NCBI GenBank assembly: GCA_964016885.1
Contig: OZ024750.1
Location: forward strand, 13,578,001 to 13,642,000
Direction: 5' to 3'
Source: Eledone cirrhosa
Taxonomy: Eukaryota
Length of the DNA: 64,000 nucleotides
Shown here: positions 1 to 10,413 of the stretch, in pieces
How positions within the stretch are numbered: position 1 is the stretch's first letter
How the letters are laid out: each line of letters starts with the position of its first letter
Translations under genes and position numbers: made by a program
Notes under the pieces: model-generated
The model's input: the letters and a program-made list of their open reading frames with translations, nothing else
What the model was told of the DNA's origin: nothing
Databases searched by the model: none

Positions 1-98
1 TTATTTTAATTAGTATTTTTCAATCTAGCTAACTTTGTAATTTGCAATGTGAACACATGTATACTTGTATCAGTGTTTATCCCTATCATATATTCATT

Positions 99-132
<34 letters not shown>

Positions 133-134
<2 letters not shown>

Positions 135-272
135 AAAAGAGTGAGGACCCCGATGGCTCAGCTCTGGCCGTTTCGACAGCTAGATCCGAATATTTTCCTA
201 TTACCCACTCTACTACCCTAAGTATCGAGTACTCTGGTGCGTTATGGTCCATCTGGTTTCTTACCACTCTTT
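133..272. mobile_element. Penelope-like terminal-repeat fragment (family 2) with an inverted 3' half of a hammerhead ribozyme
   Basis: Close homologue of 47327-47520 (CCTATTACCCACTCTACTACCCTAAGTATYGAGTACT...). The minus strand of 140-185 reads GAAA-CGGC-loop-GCCA-TC-GGGGTCC, a hammerhead stem III, cleavage triplet and stem I strand. Follows a (TA)n tract. Confidence 0.55.
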
Positions 273-275
273 ATT

Positions 276-520
276 AGATGGTATGGACATGTGATGCGCA
301 TGGAGGATGACGGCTGGGTAAAGAAGTGCCAAGAAATCCCAGTAGTAGGAAGACACAGTAGACGTAAAACATGGGCGGAGGTGGTGAGAGCAGACCTCAG
401 ATCGCTGAAACTCACCGAGGAGATGACGAAGGACCGTGATAAGTGGAGAGATGCTGTGCTAAATAGGACCCGTCCAACCCTTGCAAGGAGGGAAAAGCAG
501 ACGTAAAATGATGATGATGA
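276..520 (+). mobile_element. RTE-clade LINE, 5'-truncated 3' end
   Basis: RWYGHVMRMEDDGWVKKC...RRKTWAEVVRADL...DRDKWR is the typical RTE ORF C-terminus; ends in an (ATG)n tail. Confidence 0.9.
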
Positions 521-904
521 TATATATATATATATATAGGAACTGTTTCATTGTTTTATTCATTATTTGTTTAATATTTTATCTTGACTCTGTATACCGT
601 TTATCTTTCACCGAAAGTGATTTTTCATTACATCTCTTCTTTCCATGATATCCGGAATACATTGAGTTCTTCATACGGATTGGACACTACCGTAAACTCT
701 TGGTAGATTTATCTACATATATATATATATATATATCAGCATTACTGGATATATGAACAATCATACAATGTGAGGAAATTTGCATTTTGATAAATTTATG
801 GTTTGCAGAAGAGAAGAAACCCTATAGTTTATATTGATTACTGATACATGGAAGTGATTAAAGATAAGAATGATAATTTATTTCTCGGATATCTTCTTCA
901 CCAA

Positions 905-1370
905 CTTATTCCCAGGTAGGTCGTGGGGTTAGAGTCATCAAGTATGCCTTCCAGCAGGTCCTATCAGAAGTAATCATCTCCAAGTAATCCAGCTGAATCC
1001 CCAAGCAAGACCAGCTGAGCTCATGGAGGTTATCCAATTTTAAACCATTTTGCTTGAGGTCTGCCCCAGGTTTTCTGCTGGTTGGTTTTGCCTGTGTAAT
1101 CTGTCCAGCAATTCTTTCCTGAGACATTTTGACCGCACATCTGTAGTATTGTAGCTGCGATCTCTCAGTTCAGAAAATAGAAACTTTACCTGGAGTGACT
1201 CTCTGATCTCCAAGCTAGCTATGCACTCTATCAAGTAATCTTACTCCAAAGACCCTTCGGAGGAATGTCCAATGTTGCAAGAACTGCGGCCTGTCCTGGG
1301 AGGTATGGGATGTACAATGGTTACATATCCAGAGACCTCAAAGATGATCTGGGGCGAAGTAAACTTTGAC
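905..1370 (-). mobile_element. Degenerate RTE (Expander/Rex3-like) LINE C-terminal fragment
   Basis: Minus-strand peptide LSWSCLGIQLDYLEMITSDRTCWKAYLMTLTPRP* resembles Expander-type C-termini; frameshifted; homologous to 27655-27900. Confidence 0.7.
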
Positions 1371-1770
1371 AACTTCTAGGATATATATCATCGTTGTTTA
1401 GCGTCCATTTTCCCATGCTTGCATGGGTTATATATATAAATTTTTGTATTTGTTTTGCAAGATTTTTGATGTGAAAAGGTGTGTTGAAATAAATATTCTT
1501 ATACTTTGCAGAAGTCATGCTGCCAATGAAAACACATGTACCAGTTCACTTTCACTTCAGTTTTATTATTAGTTAGGAAACTAATGCATTCCTTTGTTGG
1601 GCTATTTAATTGTCAAATCTCTTTTGTCACACATTCTGTGACATTCACAATGGCCTTTCTGCAGGATTAGTTTACCTGACTAATAATAAAACTGGTTTGT
1701 TTGATTTTATTGACAGCATGTTATAATCCCAAAGTACAATAATCACATAAATGCTCAGCATATATATACA

Positions 1771-2345
1771 GTACTATACGAACATGCCAGACAACAACAC
1801 GATGGTAACATAGACAACATAGAAATTAGAATAATATCTAAACATAGAAATGACCCAGCAGATAGGCAAATCAGAGAGGCCAGCGAAATAGAACTTAGAA
1901 GGCCAAGGCTAAACAGAAAAAAATGAATGGAATAACAACACCAAAACAAACAATATTGACCTAAGAGAAGTATAAATAAATACATACACAAGCACAATAA
2001 CAATAAACACATATAAACACGCACTAGTAAACTAAGATAGAATACAATAACCAATACACAGTCACCCAAACACACATCAAACACTATACACACACGCAAA
2101 CGCAGAGAAGACAAAAAAAATAATAATAAATAAATAAATAAATAAATAAAAAGTTTACAACTCAGATAAAATACACTATCCAGCGAATTTTCAACTGTCA
2201 AGGTTGTTTCCCATGGTTATGTCACTATTTATAAAACAAATTTTGTATTTTATCTGATGAAAGCGCACCAAGATTGGCTTGGTTGCCCTTGAAATATATA
2301 TAATAAAATAATTATGGTTTTATAAATATAGTTTCCATTTATTAA
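1771..2345 (+). mobile_element. Penelope-like element 3' fragment: GIY-YIG endonuclease C-terminus, 3' UTR and hammerhead ribozyme
   Basis: The frame from 1771 (absent from the ORF track) reads VLYEHARQQHDGNIDNIEIRIISKHRNDPADRQIREASEIELRRPRLNRKK, matching the H..H / R.I.EA..I....P.LN pattern of Penelope endonucleases; hammerhead motif downstream. Confidence 0.85.
2246..2310 (+). ncRNA. Minimal type I hammerhead ribozyme
   Basis: TATTTTAT-CTGATGA-stem II (AAG.GCA.CCAAG / CTTGG.TGC.CTT)-GAAA-T-ATAT-A-TA^ATAAAATA: 8-bp stem I, intact core, very short stem III with palindromic loop; predicted cut after 2302. Confidence 0.8.
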
Positions 2346-2384
2346 TATATTGTGTATATATATATATATATATATATAAATATA

Positions 2385-2572
2385 TACAACGGTTGGCTGA
2401 AAAGTTCATAAGCTGACCAAGATACTCTCATGGAATGATCAAATGAGGGTTATTTTTCAACATATTCTTTGGAAAAAAATAATGCAGTTATTAATAAGGA
2501 GAGTTGATATTAATGCATGCAAGATTTCACAGCTCTAGCATCACTCCTCCACATTCACCCGACCTTCATACA
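2385..2572. mobile_element. Mariner-type MITE (related copies 38505-38706, 61043-61140)
   Basis: TA + CAACGGTTGGCTGAAAAGTTCATAAGCTGAC end; body GCATGCAAGATTTCACAGCTCTAGCATCACTCC shared among three copies. Confidence 0.6.
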
Positions 2573-3099
2573 AATGACTTACAAGAATAAATGCATGAGT
2601 AACTTTGGGGAAATAACTTTTGTAGGTTTAGAATTCCTGACTTTATCATTGGAGAGTGAACTTCTTTTGGGAGCAACATGGCTGATATAGGGTGTGTGTG
2701 TGTGTGTGTATGCATGCATATGTGTGTGTATATGTGTTATGTGTGTGTGTGTGTGTGTGCACTTTGGTTATGTGTGCGTGTGTATGTGTGCATATGTCTG
2801 AATGTGTCTGTGTGTGTGTATATGTGTGTGTAAATTGTATGTAGGTATATATCTATGGATGCTCTATGCATTTCTCATCTCACCTACATTCTGTAAGGTT
2901 AACAACCTGGCTTCATTCAGTTGTGTGATGTATTTTGTTATTTCAGGTTGAAAATGATTTCAGACAACTAATAATTACAATATATAGTAATATATAATAC
3001 ACACACACACACATACACACATTAACACACACACATGCACACACACACACACACACACACTTCCAATATCTGTATATTTGTGTATAAATATAAACACAC

Positions 3100-3600
3100 G
3101 CATACATTACTTTGTGTGTATGTATAAATATAAACACACACACACACATACATACATATATTTACATACTTTGTGTGTATGTATGTATAAATATAAACAC
3201 ACACACACACACATATATTTACATACTCTGTGTATATAAATATAAACACACACACACACACATACATACATATATTTACATACTTTGTGTATGTATGTAT
3301 AAATATAAACACACACACACACCACACACATATATTTACATACTCTGTGTATATAAATATAAACACACACACACACATACATACATATATTTACATACTT
3401 TGTGTATGTATGTATAAATATAAACACACACACACACCACACACATATATTTACATACTCTGTGTATATAAATATAAACACATACACACACACATACATA
3501 CATATATTTACATACTTTGTGTGTATGTATGTATAAATATAAACACACACACACCACACATATATATTTACATACTCTGTGTATATAAATATAAACATGC
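3100..3600. repeat. Higher-order (CA)/(TA) minisatellite
   Basis: Alternating units containing ATATTTACATACTYTGTGT...ATAAATATAAACACAC, about 10 copies. Confidence 0.9.
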
Positions 3601-3661
3601 ACACACATCTTCATATGGTGCGTATGTGTTTAAATATAAACGCATACATTTACACATACTT

Positions 3662-3777
3662 GAGGTTGGTGTTAGGAAGGGCATCCAGCTGTAGAAATCA
3701 AGCCAGAATCAGTTCCTGTCTCACCCTTGTAAGCAGGGAAAAAGCGGACGTAAAATGAAATGATGATGATGATGATA
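3662..3777 (+). mobile_element. SINE family B, 3' fragment
   Basis: GGTGTTAGGAAGGGCATCCAGCTGTAGAAATC...CACCCTTG...GGACGTAAAATG(ATG)n, as in the full copy 40806-41148. Confidence 0.85.
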
Positions 3778-3914
3778 CTGTGTGTTTATGTGTATATAAA
3801 AATTAAAAACCAGATAATGTCCGGCTTCATAATTTTTTATTTAGAAATTATCAGTATTTTCCTTATTAGTTTTGTTGAGAAGAAGAATTTCTTTTTTATA
3901 AAAGGTTTATATAT

Positions 3915-4100
3915 TTGTTTCTACTTTAGGCACAAGGCCAGCAATTACCCAGTGCATTACTGGTACTTTATTTTATCGACCCCGTAAGGATGAAAGGCAA
4001 AGTCAACCTCGGCGGGATTTGAACTCAGATCGTAAAGGGACGTAACTATGCTGGAAAGCATGGCGTCCGACCCTCTACCGATACTGCCAATCCACCATCC
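3915..4100 (-). mobile_element. tRNA-derived SINE family A, full length with TSD
   Basis: Minus strand: A-box-like TGGCAGTATCGGTAGA, B box GAGTTCAAATCC, central GCCTTTCATCCTTACGGGGTCGATAAAATAAAGTACCAG (recalls the Meta/MESC-type SINE domain); TSD AAAGGTTTATATATT on both sides. Confidence 0.9.
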
Positions 4101-4504
4101 GTTAAAGGTTTATATATTGTTGATATAACTATAGATTGGTTAAACAGACAGAAAAAGAAAGCAGCATTGGAAAGGACTATAAATGATATAAATGAGAGGA
4201 AAAGGAGGGGAAGAGCAAGGACTACTAGACAAAGAAAGAAAACGAAGGAAGGGGTGAGGTTGATAGACTCTTCACCTAGGTCAGAGCTGTGTTTCGGCTG
4301 TGCCATGCAGACAATCGCCAGCGACACCCACTACACCAGCTACTACACCCCGCGAAGCTCCTTCCTGAGACAGCCTGCTATCGATCCGATCTTATGGAGG
4401 AGGTCAGTTTATGAACATTTTATGTTGTGCGTGTGTGGGTTTTTTTTTACCATATCCTTGCTATGAAATGATTTTAATGTTTTTTTTTGTTTTTTTTACA
4501 TGAT

Positions 4505-4921
4505 AAAGAGGTTGTGATGGTGCCACAACAAAAAGCATCCAGACAGTCCATGCTGTAATGTGGCCGTGTAGGCAACACGGTAAAAACCTCCCAGACCCAC
4601 ACTGTAAATGTGGTTGGTGTTAGGAAGGGCATCCAACTGTAGAAAACCTGCCAGACAGTCCTATGCGAGCAAGACAATCACTCTTGCCTCAAGTGGGAAT
4701 ACCCCCGTCCAAACCCATGCAAGCGTGGAACACGGACGTTAAACGTTGATGATGATGATGATGATGATGATGACCACACTGTAAATGTGGTTAACATTAG
4801 GAAGCTGTTGAAACCAAACTAGAAACAGTTGTGTATGAGCAAGACATGGTCATCTGATCTGACTTGACTCGCAACAGAACAACTCGTCTAACCCAAGCTA
4901 GCATGGAAAAATGGATGTTAA

Positions 4922-4953
<32 letters not shown>
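4505..4953 (+). mobile_element. Repeat family D (RTE 3' UTR-type) copy followed by a related variant
   Basis: Matches 51640-51898; both parts end in GGAYGTTAAA..(GAT)n. Confidence 0.8.
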
Positions 4954-4954
<1 letters not shown>

Positions 4955-5056
4955 CCAATATCAGGTTTATTTTGGCAATAGTTTAGCCATAACATCTTAT
5001 GTTATTTAGTTTCTTGGTTGAACTCAGGATGGTGTGTTTTGTTTTGCATTTTGCAA

Positions 5057-5414
5057 TTAACCCTTTCATTACCATATTTCTAATGAAAGACACTGCCTGT
5101 AATTTTCTTGATTGCCAGCTAAATTATTTATATAAATATACTGAAGTGAAAACCAAACCAAATAGTGAGTGTGTTTTATTATTTTTTGGTAATATTAGGA
5201 CAACATAATCCTCCCCAAATATAACAATTTTCAAATAATTTTGAAAACGGGCAAGAATTTAGTAATAACTTAGTCATTATTAAGCTGGTGTTTGGAACAT
5301 AATTCAACAAAGGTTCTTACATAGAATTACGATGGACGGTTTTTAGATAAATATAAACATTTTAAACAGTTTTGTATTGTAGAAACAGGAGTAGTTTGTT
5401 ATTGGAAGGGTTAA
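5057..5414. mobile_element. piggyBac-like MITE family 2
   Basis: TTAA-CCCTTTCATTAC ... TATTGGAAGGG-TTAA termini; related copies 11147-11321, 45830-46279, 50064-50125. Confidence 0.75.
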
Positions 5415-5869
5415 TGACTTCTATGATCAATTTTCTAATTATCTGTGGAATTGTATATGCAGTAGTTATACATCAAAGGTTTTCCTATCCAGTTTCATTC
5501 TGTGTAATATAATATAATGTATCCAACAGCTTCTTGTAGAAGGAATGGTGATCTTGCAAGAAAGCATGCATGCTCAATATTTGCATATATATATGTGCAG
5601 CATAGCTGTGCAGTTAAGTTTGTTTTCAATCTCTTCTTGTGAACCTGCAAATGGTGTCTACTATATATAGTCTTGGGCTGACCAATGCCTTGCAAGTGGA
5701 ATTTGGTAGACAGAGAAGCCCATTGTGTGTGTGTGTGCGTGCGTGCGTGTGTGCGTGTGTGTGTGTGTGTGCATGTGTGTAGATATGTAGGCATATATGT
5801 ATACATATGCATTCATATGTATACATATGGACTTACGATCATAACATTGTAGGTTCATTTTCTGGACTG

Positions 5870-6060
5870 GGTTATGTGTTGTGTCATTTCATGATGCTCC
5901 AGTATACTCGGCTGAAAATGAGTAGCAGCAATAGCTGGGCATTTAACTCAGTAATGGACTAGCGTCCTGTCCAGGGGAAGAGTCCTATACTCTCAGTCTT
6001 TTCATGCCATGGAAACTGAGATAAGCACCAGCCTGATGAACCAACGGGCTTGAGACAGAC
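5870..6060 (+). mobile_element. SINE family C, degenerate
   Basis: ATGGACTAGCGTCCTGTCCAGGGG...TCATGCCATGGAAACTGAGATAAGCACC shared with 13985-14240 and 24505-24776. Confidence 0.7.
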
Positions 6061-6743
6061 TTTAGACATGGTCACCTGACCTGGCATTGCCCACAACAGG
6101 ACAACCCGTCTAACTCATGCTAATGTGGAAGAATGGACATAAAACGATGATGACGATGATGATATATACATAGTATAATGTTATTTTAAAGTTTTATAAA
6201 GGAGACACATAACAAAATTAGATACTAGGCTGTGAAATATACTCAGTTTAGTTTATTGCAATGTAAATCACACTAAAGCATCTCCTTTGGGATTTCTACT
6301 CACAATTCATTTTCTGTGTACTTTCTCTGAGAATATTCATGAAAAAGAATGCCTACTTAAATTTACCAATTCTGTTCTTAATTCTTCATTTCAACCTATA
6401 AATAACTAAAAGGTTTCTATTTCACTCAGAGATAAATAGCACAAGTTTAGCACACTCTTGGCAGAATTTTGGCTTGATTTCTACTTAATCTTCACTCACT
6501 ACTGCTATGCTCCATAATTCAAACCATTCTCTTTTATACTTATATACAGTATATATATATATTTTTTAATTTGGAGAACTTACATTGCAGTATTATATTC
6601 ACTTTCCCATCATCTCTTCAGTGTAATCATTGTTCCACAACTTGTTAAGGTAACAAAGGCCACCTCCATAACATCATCAATGGTACTTTTAATTTTAATA
6701 TTTCAAATTCATCAAATGCTATGGTTTTCCTACTCACTCATTC

Positions 6744-6786
<43 letters not shown>

Positions 6787-7092
6787 CTAGATATAGAGGT
6801 GTAGTGGGTGGGGTGACAGAGAAAATGTGAGTAAAATTTAGGGGGCAAAAATCAACCTGTTTATTATCTACTTGTGTGTATGTGTGAGAGAGAGAGAGTG
6901 TGTGAGTGTGTGTGAGTGTGTGTGAGAGAGTGTGTGAGTGTGTGTGAGTGTGAGTGTCTGTATGAGAGAGTGAGTGAGTGAGTGAGTGAATTAGTGAGTG
7001 AGTGAGTGGGTGAATGAGTGAGTGAGTGTGTGTGTGAGAGAGAAAACAGAAATAACTCGAATGTGGAAAATGAAAACAAACAATACCTATAA

Positions 7093-7360
7093 TAATAAGT
7101 GCTCTAGGAATGAAAAAAAAAACACAGACAAATACATAGCCCAAACTCCAGAACTTACAAATATATACAATATACAAAAGATAGCACTACTAGGCACTGC
7201 ACACATATTACGAAAGGTACTATCAACATAATAGAAACCACATCAGCAAAAACTACACTGCACATATCCAAGGCACACACAGCTGTGCTCGGTAAAGCAG
7301 TAAAAATAATAATGGAAATAATACTAATAATAAAATAGTAATAATATTAATAATAATGAG
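7093..7360 (+). mobile_element. R4/Dong-like (RLE-type) LINE 3' end
   Basis: IISALGMKKKNTDKYI...IQKIALLGTAHILRKVLST* is the characteristic C-terminus; flanked by (TAA)n-like tracts, the known Dong target. Confidence 0.8.
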
Positions 7361-7735
7361 TCATATACTACTAAGTGGAGGGATTGACAGAAAGTTAAGT
7401 GAAATTTCTACCAATTAATTATGTTACTAAACATCTGGATGTCATTTGGTCTTTTAAAAGAAATTTAATTGCTTTCCTCACATTTTTCTTAAAATCCTAA
7501 ATGGTTATTTTTAAAGTTGAGAAGAAAAAACACCAACCAAACAAAACAAACTTTATGGCATTAGAGACAGAAATTGAAGGAAAGACAGGTGGAGAGAGAG
7601 GGGGGGGGGAGAAGGAAGAGAGAGAGTAAATCCAGGAACATTTGTTACTTCCTGCTCATTATATTCTCTTTCATCTTCAGGAATCTATATGTAGACACCA
7701 TTTGTTGCTATATTTTATACTAGAAATATTCTTGT

Positions 7736-7766
<31 letters not shown>

Positions 7767-8014
7767 GTATATATATACATAAATATATATATTTAAATAT
7801 ATAAATAAATATATATAAATAAATATATATAAATAAATAAATATAAATAAATATATATAAATAAATATATATATATGAATAAATAAATATATATATATAT
7901 ATGAATATAAATAAATAAATAAATATATAGGCAGAAAATATGCAACATAACATGTACAGCAAATGCATCATTACCTCCTCAGCCACATCGCTGGCAGTGC
8001 AGTTTCACACACAC

Positions 8015-8067
<53 letters not shown>

Positions 8068-8151
8068 ACGTTATTCCGGGTTGAATCAGAGGTAACCACA
8101 GTAAGTAAGGTACTCAATACATAGCAGAGTATAAAAGTTTTAATATAGAAG

Positions 8152-8202
8152 AGATTCTACAGGACTAGAACTGTTTCATTCATTAGAAATCATCAGGAAT
8201 CT
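8152..8202 (-). ncRNA. Type I hammerhead ribozyme (mirror copy)
   Basis: Exact reverse complement of 8286-8336 within the palindrome. Confidence 0.85.
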
Positions 8203-8285
8203 GGGTATCAAAAAATAAATATGGTATTTACAGGTCTCTACAACTTGTAGAGACCTATAAATACCATATTTATTTTTTGATACCC

Positions 8286-8336
8286 AGATTCCTGATGATT
8301 TCTAATGAATGAAACAGTTCTAGTCCTGTAGAATCT
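8286..8336 (+). ncRNA. Type I hammerhead ribozyme
   Basis: AGATTC-CTGATGA-TTTC TAAT GAAT-GAAA-CAG TTCTAGTC CTG-TA^GAATCT: 6-bp stem I, intact core, stem III, GUA triplet; predicted cut after 8330. Confidence 0.85.
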
Positions 8337-8351
8337 CTTCTATATTAAAAC

Positions 8352-8385
<34 letters not shown>

Positions 8386-8654
8386 CATATACTGGCTAAA
8401 AAAGGTGAAGGTAAGGTTGTTTTCTTCATTCGTATTAATAATATTCCATAGCAATTACTACTCATATCTAATTGTTGCCAATGAACATGTGTGTTTGAAC
8501 ATAAAAGGTATTCCTATATATAAGTTAATGAGGTAGAGATTTGACTGTGAACTTGAACAGCTCCAGCTTATAACCCCTGTAAGCTTCTTCAGGAGGGTTC
8601 TTTGCGAGAAATAAGAAAAGGGAGAAAAAAAATTAATAAATAAAAGAGGTTAAA

Positions 8655-8945
8655 GCTGAAACTACTTGAGCTTACAATTAAACCTCTACTTCATTAATAT
8701 ACCCACTCTGCACCTCTTCGTGTATTGAGTACTACTCTGATTTGTGGTCTTCCAGGCCCTTGTTCAGCAAAATGTATGTGTGAGAGAGAGCGAGAGATGT
8801 AAAATCCTGACTGCAGCGCCAAGCGGTTTCAACTTGTGTGTTGGCATCATGGTCAGGATTTTACCTATCTCTATACCCACTCTGCATCTTCCCATGCATT
8901 GAGTACTCCCATGATTAGTGGTCTCCCTGGTCACAGCACACCAGA
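8655..8945. mobile_element. Two further Penelope-like end fragments with half-hammerhead motifs
   Basis: Both contain ATACCCACTCTGCA...ATTGAGTACT. 8799-8863 is bounded by GTAAAATCCTGAC / GTCAGGATTTTAC and its minus strand reads GAAA-CCGC-loop-GCAG-TC-AGGATTT. Confidence 0.5.
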
Positions 8946-9234
8946 TTCTCTCTCTCTCTCTCTCTCTCAGTTTGACAATCGCCACCGACAAATGCAAGAA
9001 AGTTCTCCAGGAAAGTAAACCAGGAATCTTTAAAAATTTTCCCCACTGAAGTTAACAAAGAACTTACTAGAGATACCAAACTAAATTATAAAATTAAATT
9101 AAATTGTTTTGAACTACAAGTGAAGTCATTCTTTTCCTTTTTTTTAAATATATATCATCATCATCATTTTCGTTTAATGTCCATTTTCCAAGCTAGCATG
9201 GGTTAGACGGTATATATATATATATATATATATA

Positions 9235-9582
9235 CAAAAATATACCCCCCGTCCCACTACCCCCACCCCATCCACACCACCCCTTTCGATGTAAAGTTAT
9301 GTTGGTACCACAACATCCAGTCCAAAATAAATGAGGTCGTGTAGGTGTCATGACAAAAAAACACACAGTCCACACTGTAATGTGGCTGTGTAGGTAACAC
9401 GGTAAAAACCTCCCAGTTCACACTGTAAACGTGGTTGGTGTTAGGAAGGGCATCCAGCTGTAGAAAACCCACCAGGCAGTCCTATACGAGCAAGACAACT
9501 AATCTTGCATCAAGTGGGAAAATTCCCGTCCAAACCCATGCAAGCGTGGAAGATGGACATTAAACGATGATGATGATGATGA
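9235..9582 (+). mobile_element. Repeat family D (RTE 3' UTR-type), long copy
   Basis: Colinear with 51549-51898, from the C-rich tract to the (GAT)n tail. Confidence 0.85.
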
Positions 9583-9771
9583 TATATATATATATATATA
9601 TGTATATATAATTATTCTTGAAAATACAAATGGGATAGTCATGGCTGGAATGCTGTTTATAGGTCTGCTCAATCAAGGTTCATGTAGGACTAAATAACAC
9701 TAACACCACCACCACCACAACCACCATCAGCAACAACATCAACAATAGGAGAGGACCAACTGCACTTCTTG

Positions 9772-10413
9772 TATATATATATATATAAAGTTGTAGTTCC
9801 TGTTTATTTGTTCACAAACTCTTCCTATGGTTTTGGAGATAGACCCCTATAACCATATATATTCTGAAACTTCATTGCCCAGGGTACTTGGATAAGTATA
9901 TTTCATTTTAATCAAAGGATTCCCTGGGGGCACAAACTCCCGCTGAAAATTTTTTCCCTTCGATTTATATGAAATTTAAACCATAGGTAAATGACAAGAT
10001 ATGTTACCTATTTACAAAATTTCAATAATATTAAGATTCCCTAATGGGCGTTAAACCCCTTATTAGGGTTTCCAGGGGCACAAACCCCCTCTGAAAATGT
10101 TTTCCCTTTGATTATATGAAATTTAAACCATAGGTAAATGACAAGATATGATGGCTATTCACAAAAGTTTTGAATTGATATTTTGAAAAAAATTATTTAC
10201 AAGAAACAAAAGAAGAATAAGATTTAATAATGTGATTTTGATTTGATATATTACAAAAAATTATGTTTTCCAATTTTTCCTGCATTACATTTTACATTGA
10301 GTAATATTGAAATGCTGAGTTTTTCTCCATAAATTATATCACGGATTTAAAATCAATCATTTTCTTACAAAAAAAATGTGTGAAACACAGCAAGGCACGG
10401 GTAATTTGGCTAG
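9772..10413 (+). mobile_element. Probable non-autonomous Helitron
   Basis: 5' TATATATATAAAG..., internal direct duplication (about 9927-10020 and 10075-10165), 3' end GCAAGGCACGGGTAATTTGGCTAG|T typical of Helitron termini. Confidence 0.65.

Larger units (their letters stand above)
8066..8352. mobile_element. Penelope-like terminal-repeat fragment (family 1) folded into a 217-bp palindrome (8136-8352)
   Basis: 108-bp arms with one mismatch, centre at 8244; embedded in (TA)n; homologous to 21203-21385. Confidence 0.8.

Noticed and set aside
1755-2201. Hydrophobic 148-aa minus-strand ORF as a membrane protein
   Set aside because: It is the antisense of the A-rich Penelope fragment on the plus strand.
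4260-4330. Minus-strand CTGGCGA...CCGAAAC as a hammerhead
   Set aside because: Core is mutated and stems I and III cannot be formed convincingly.
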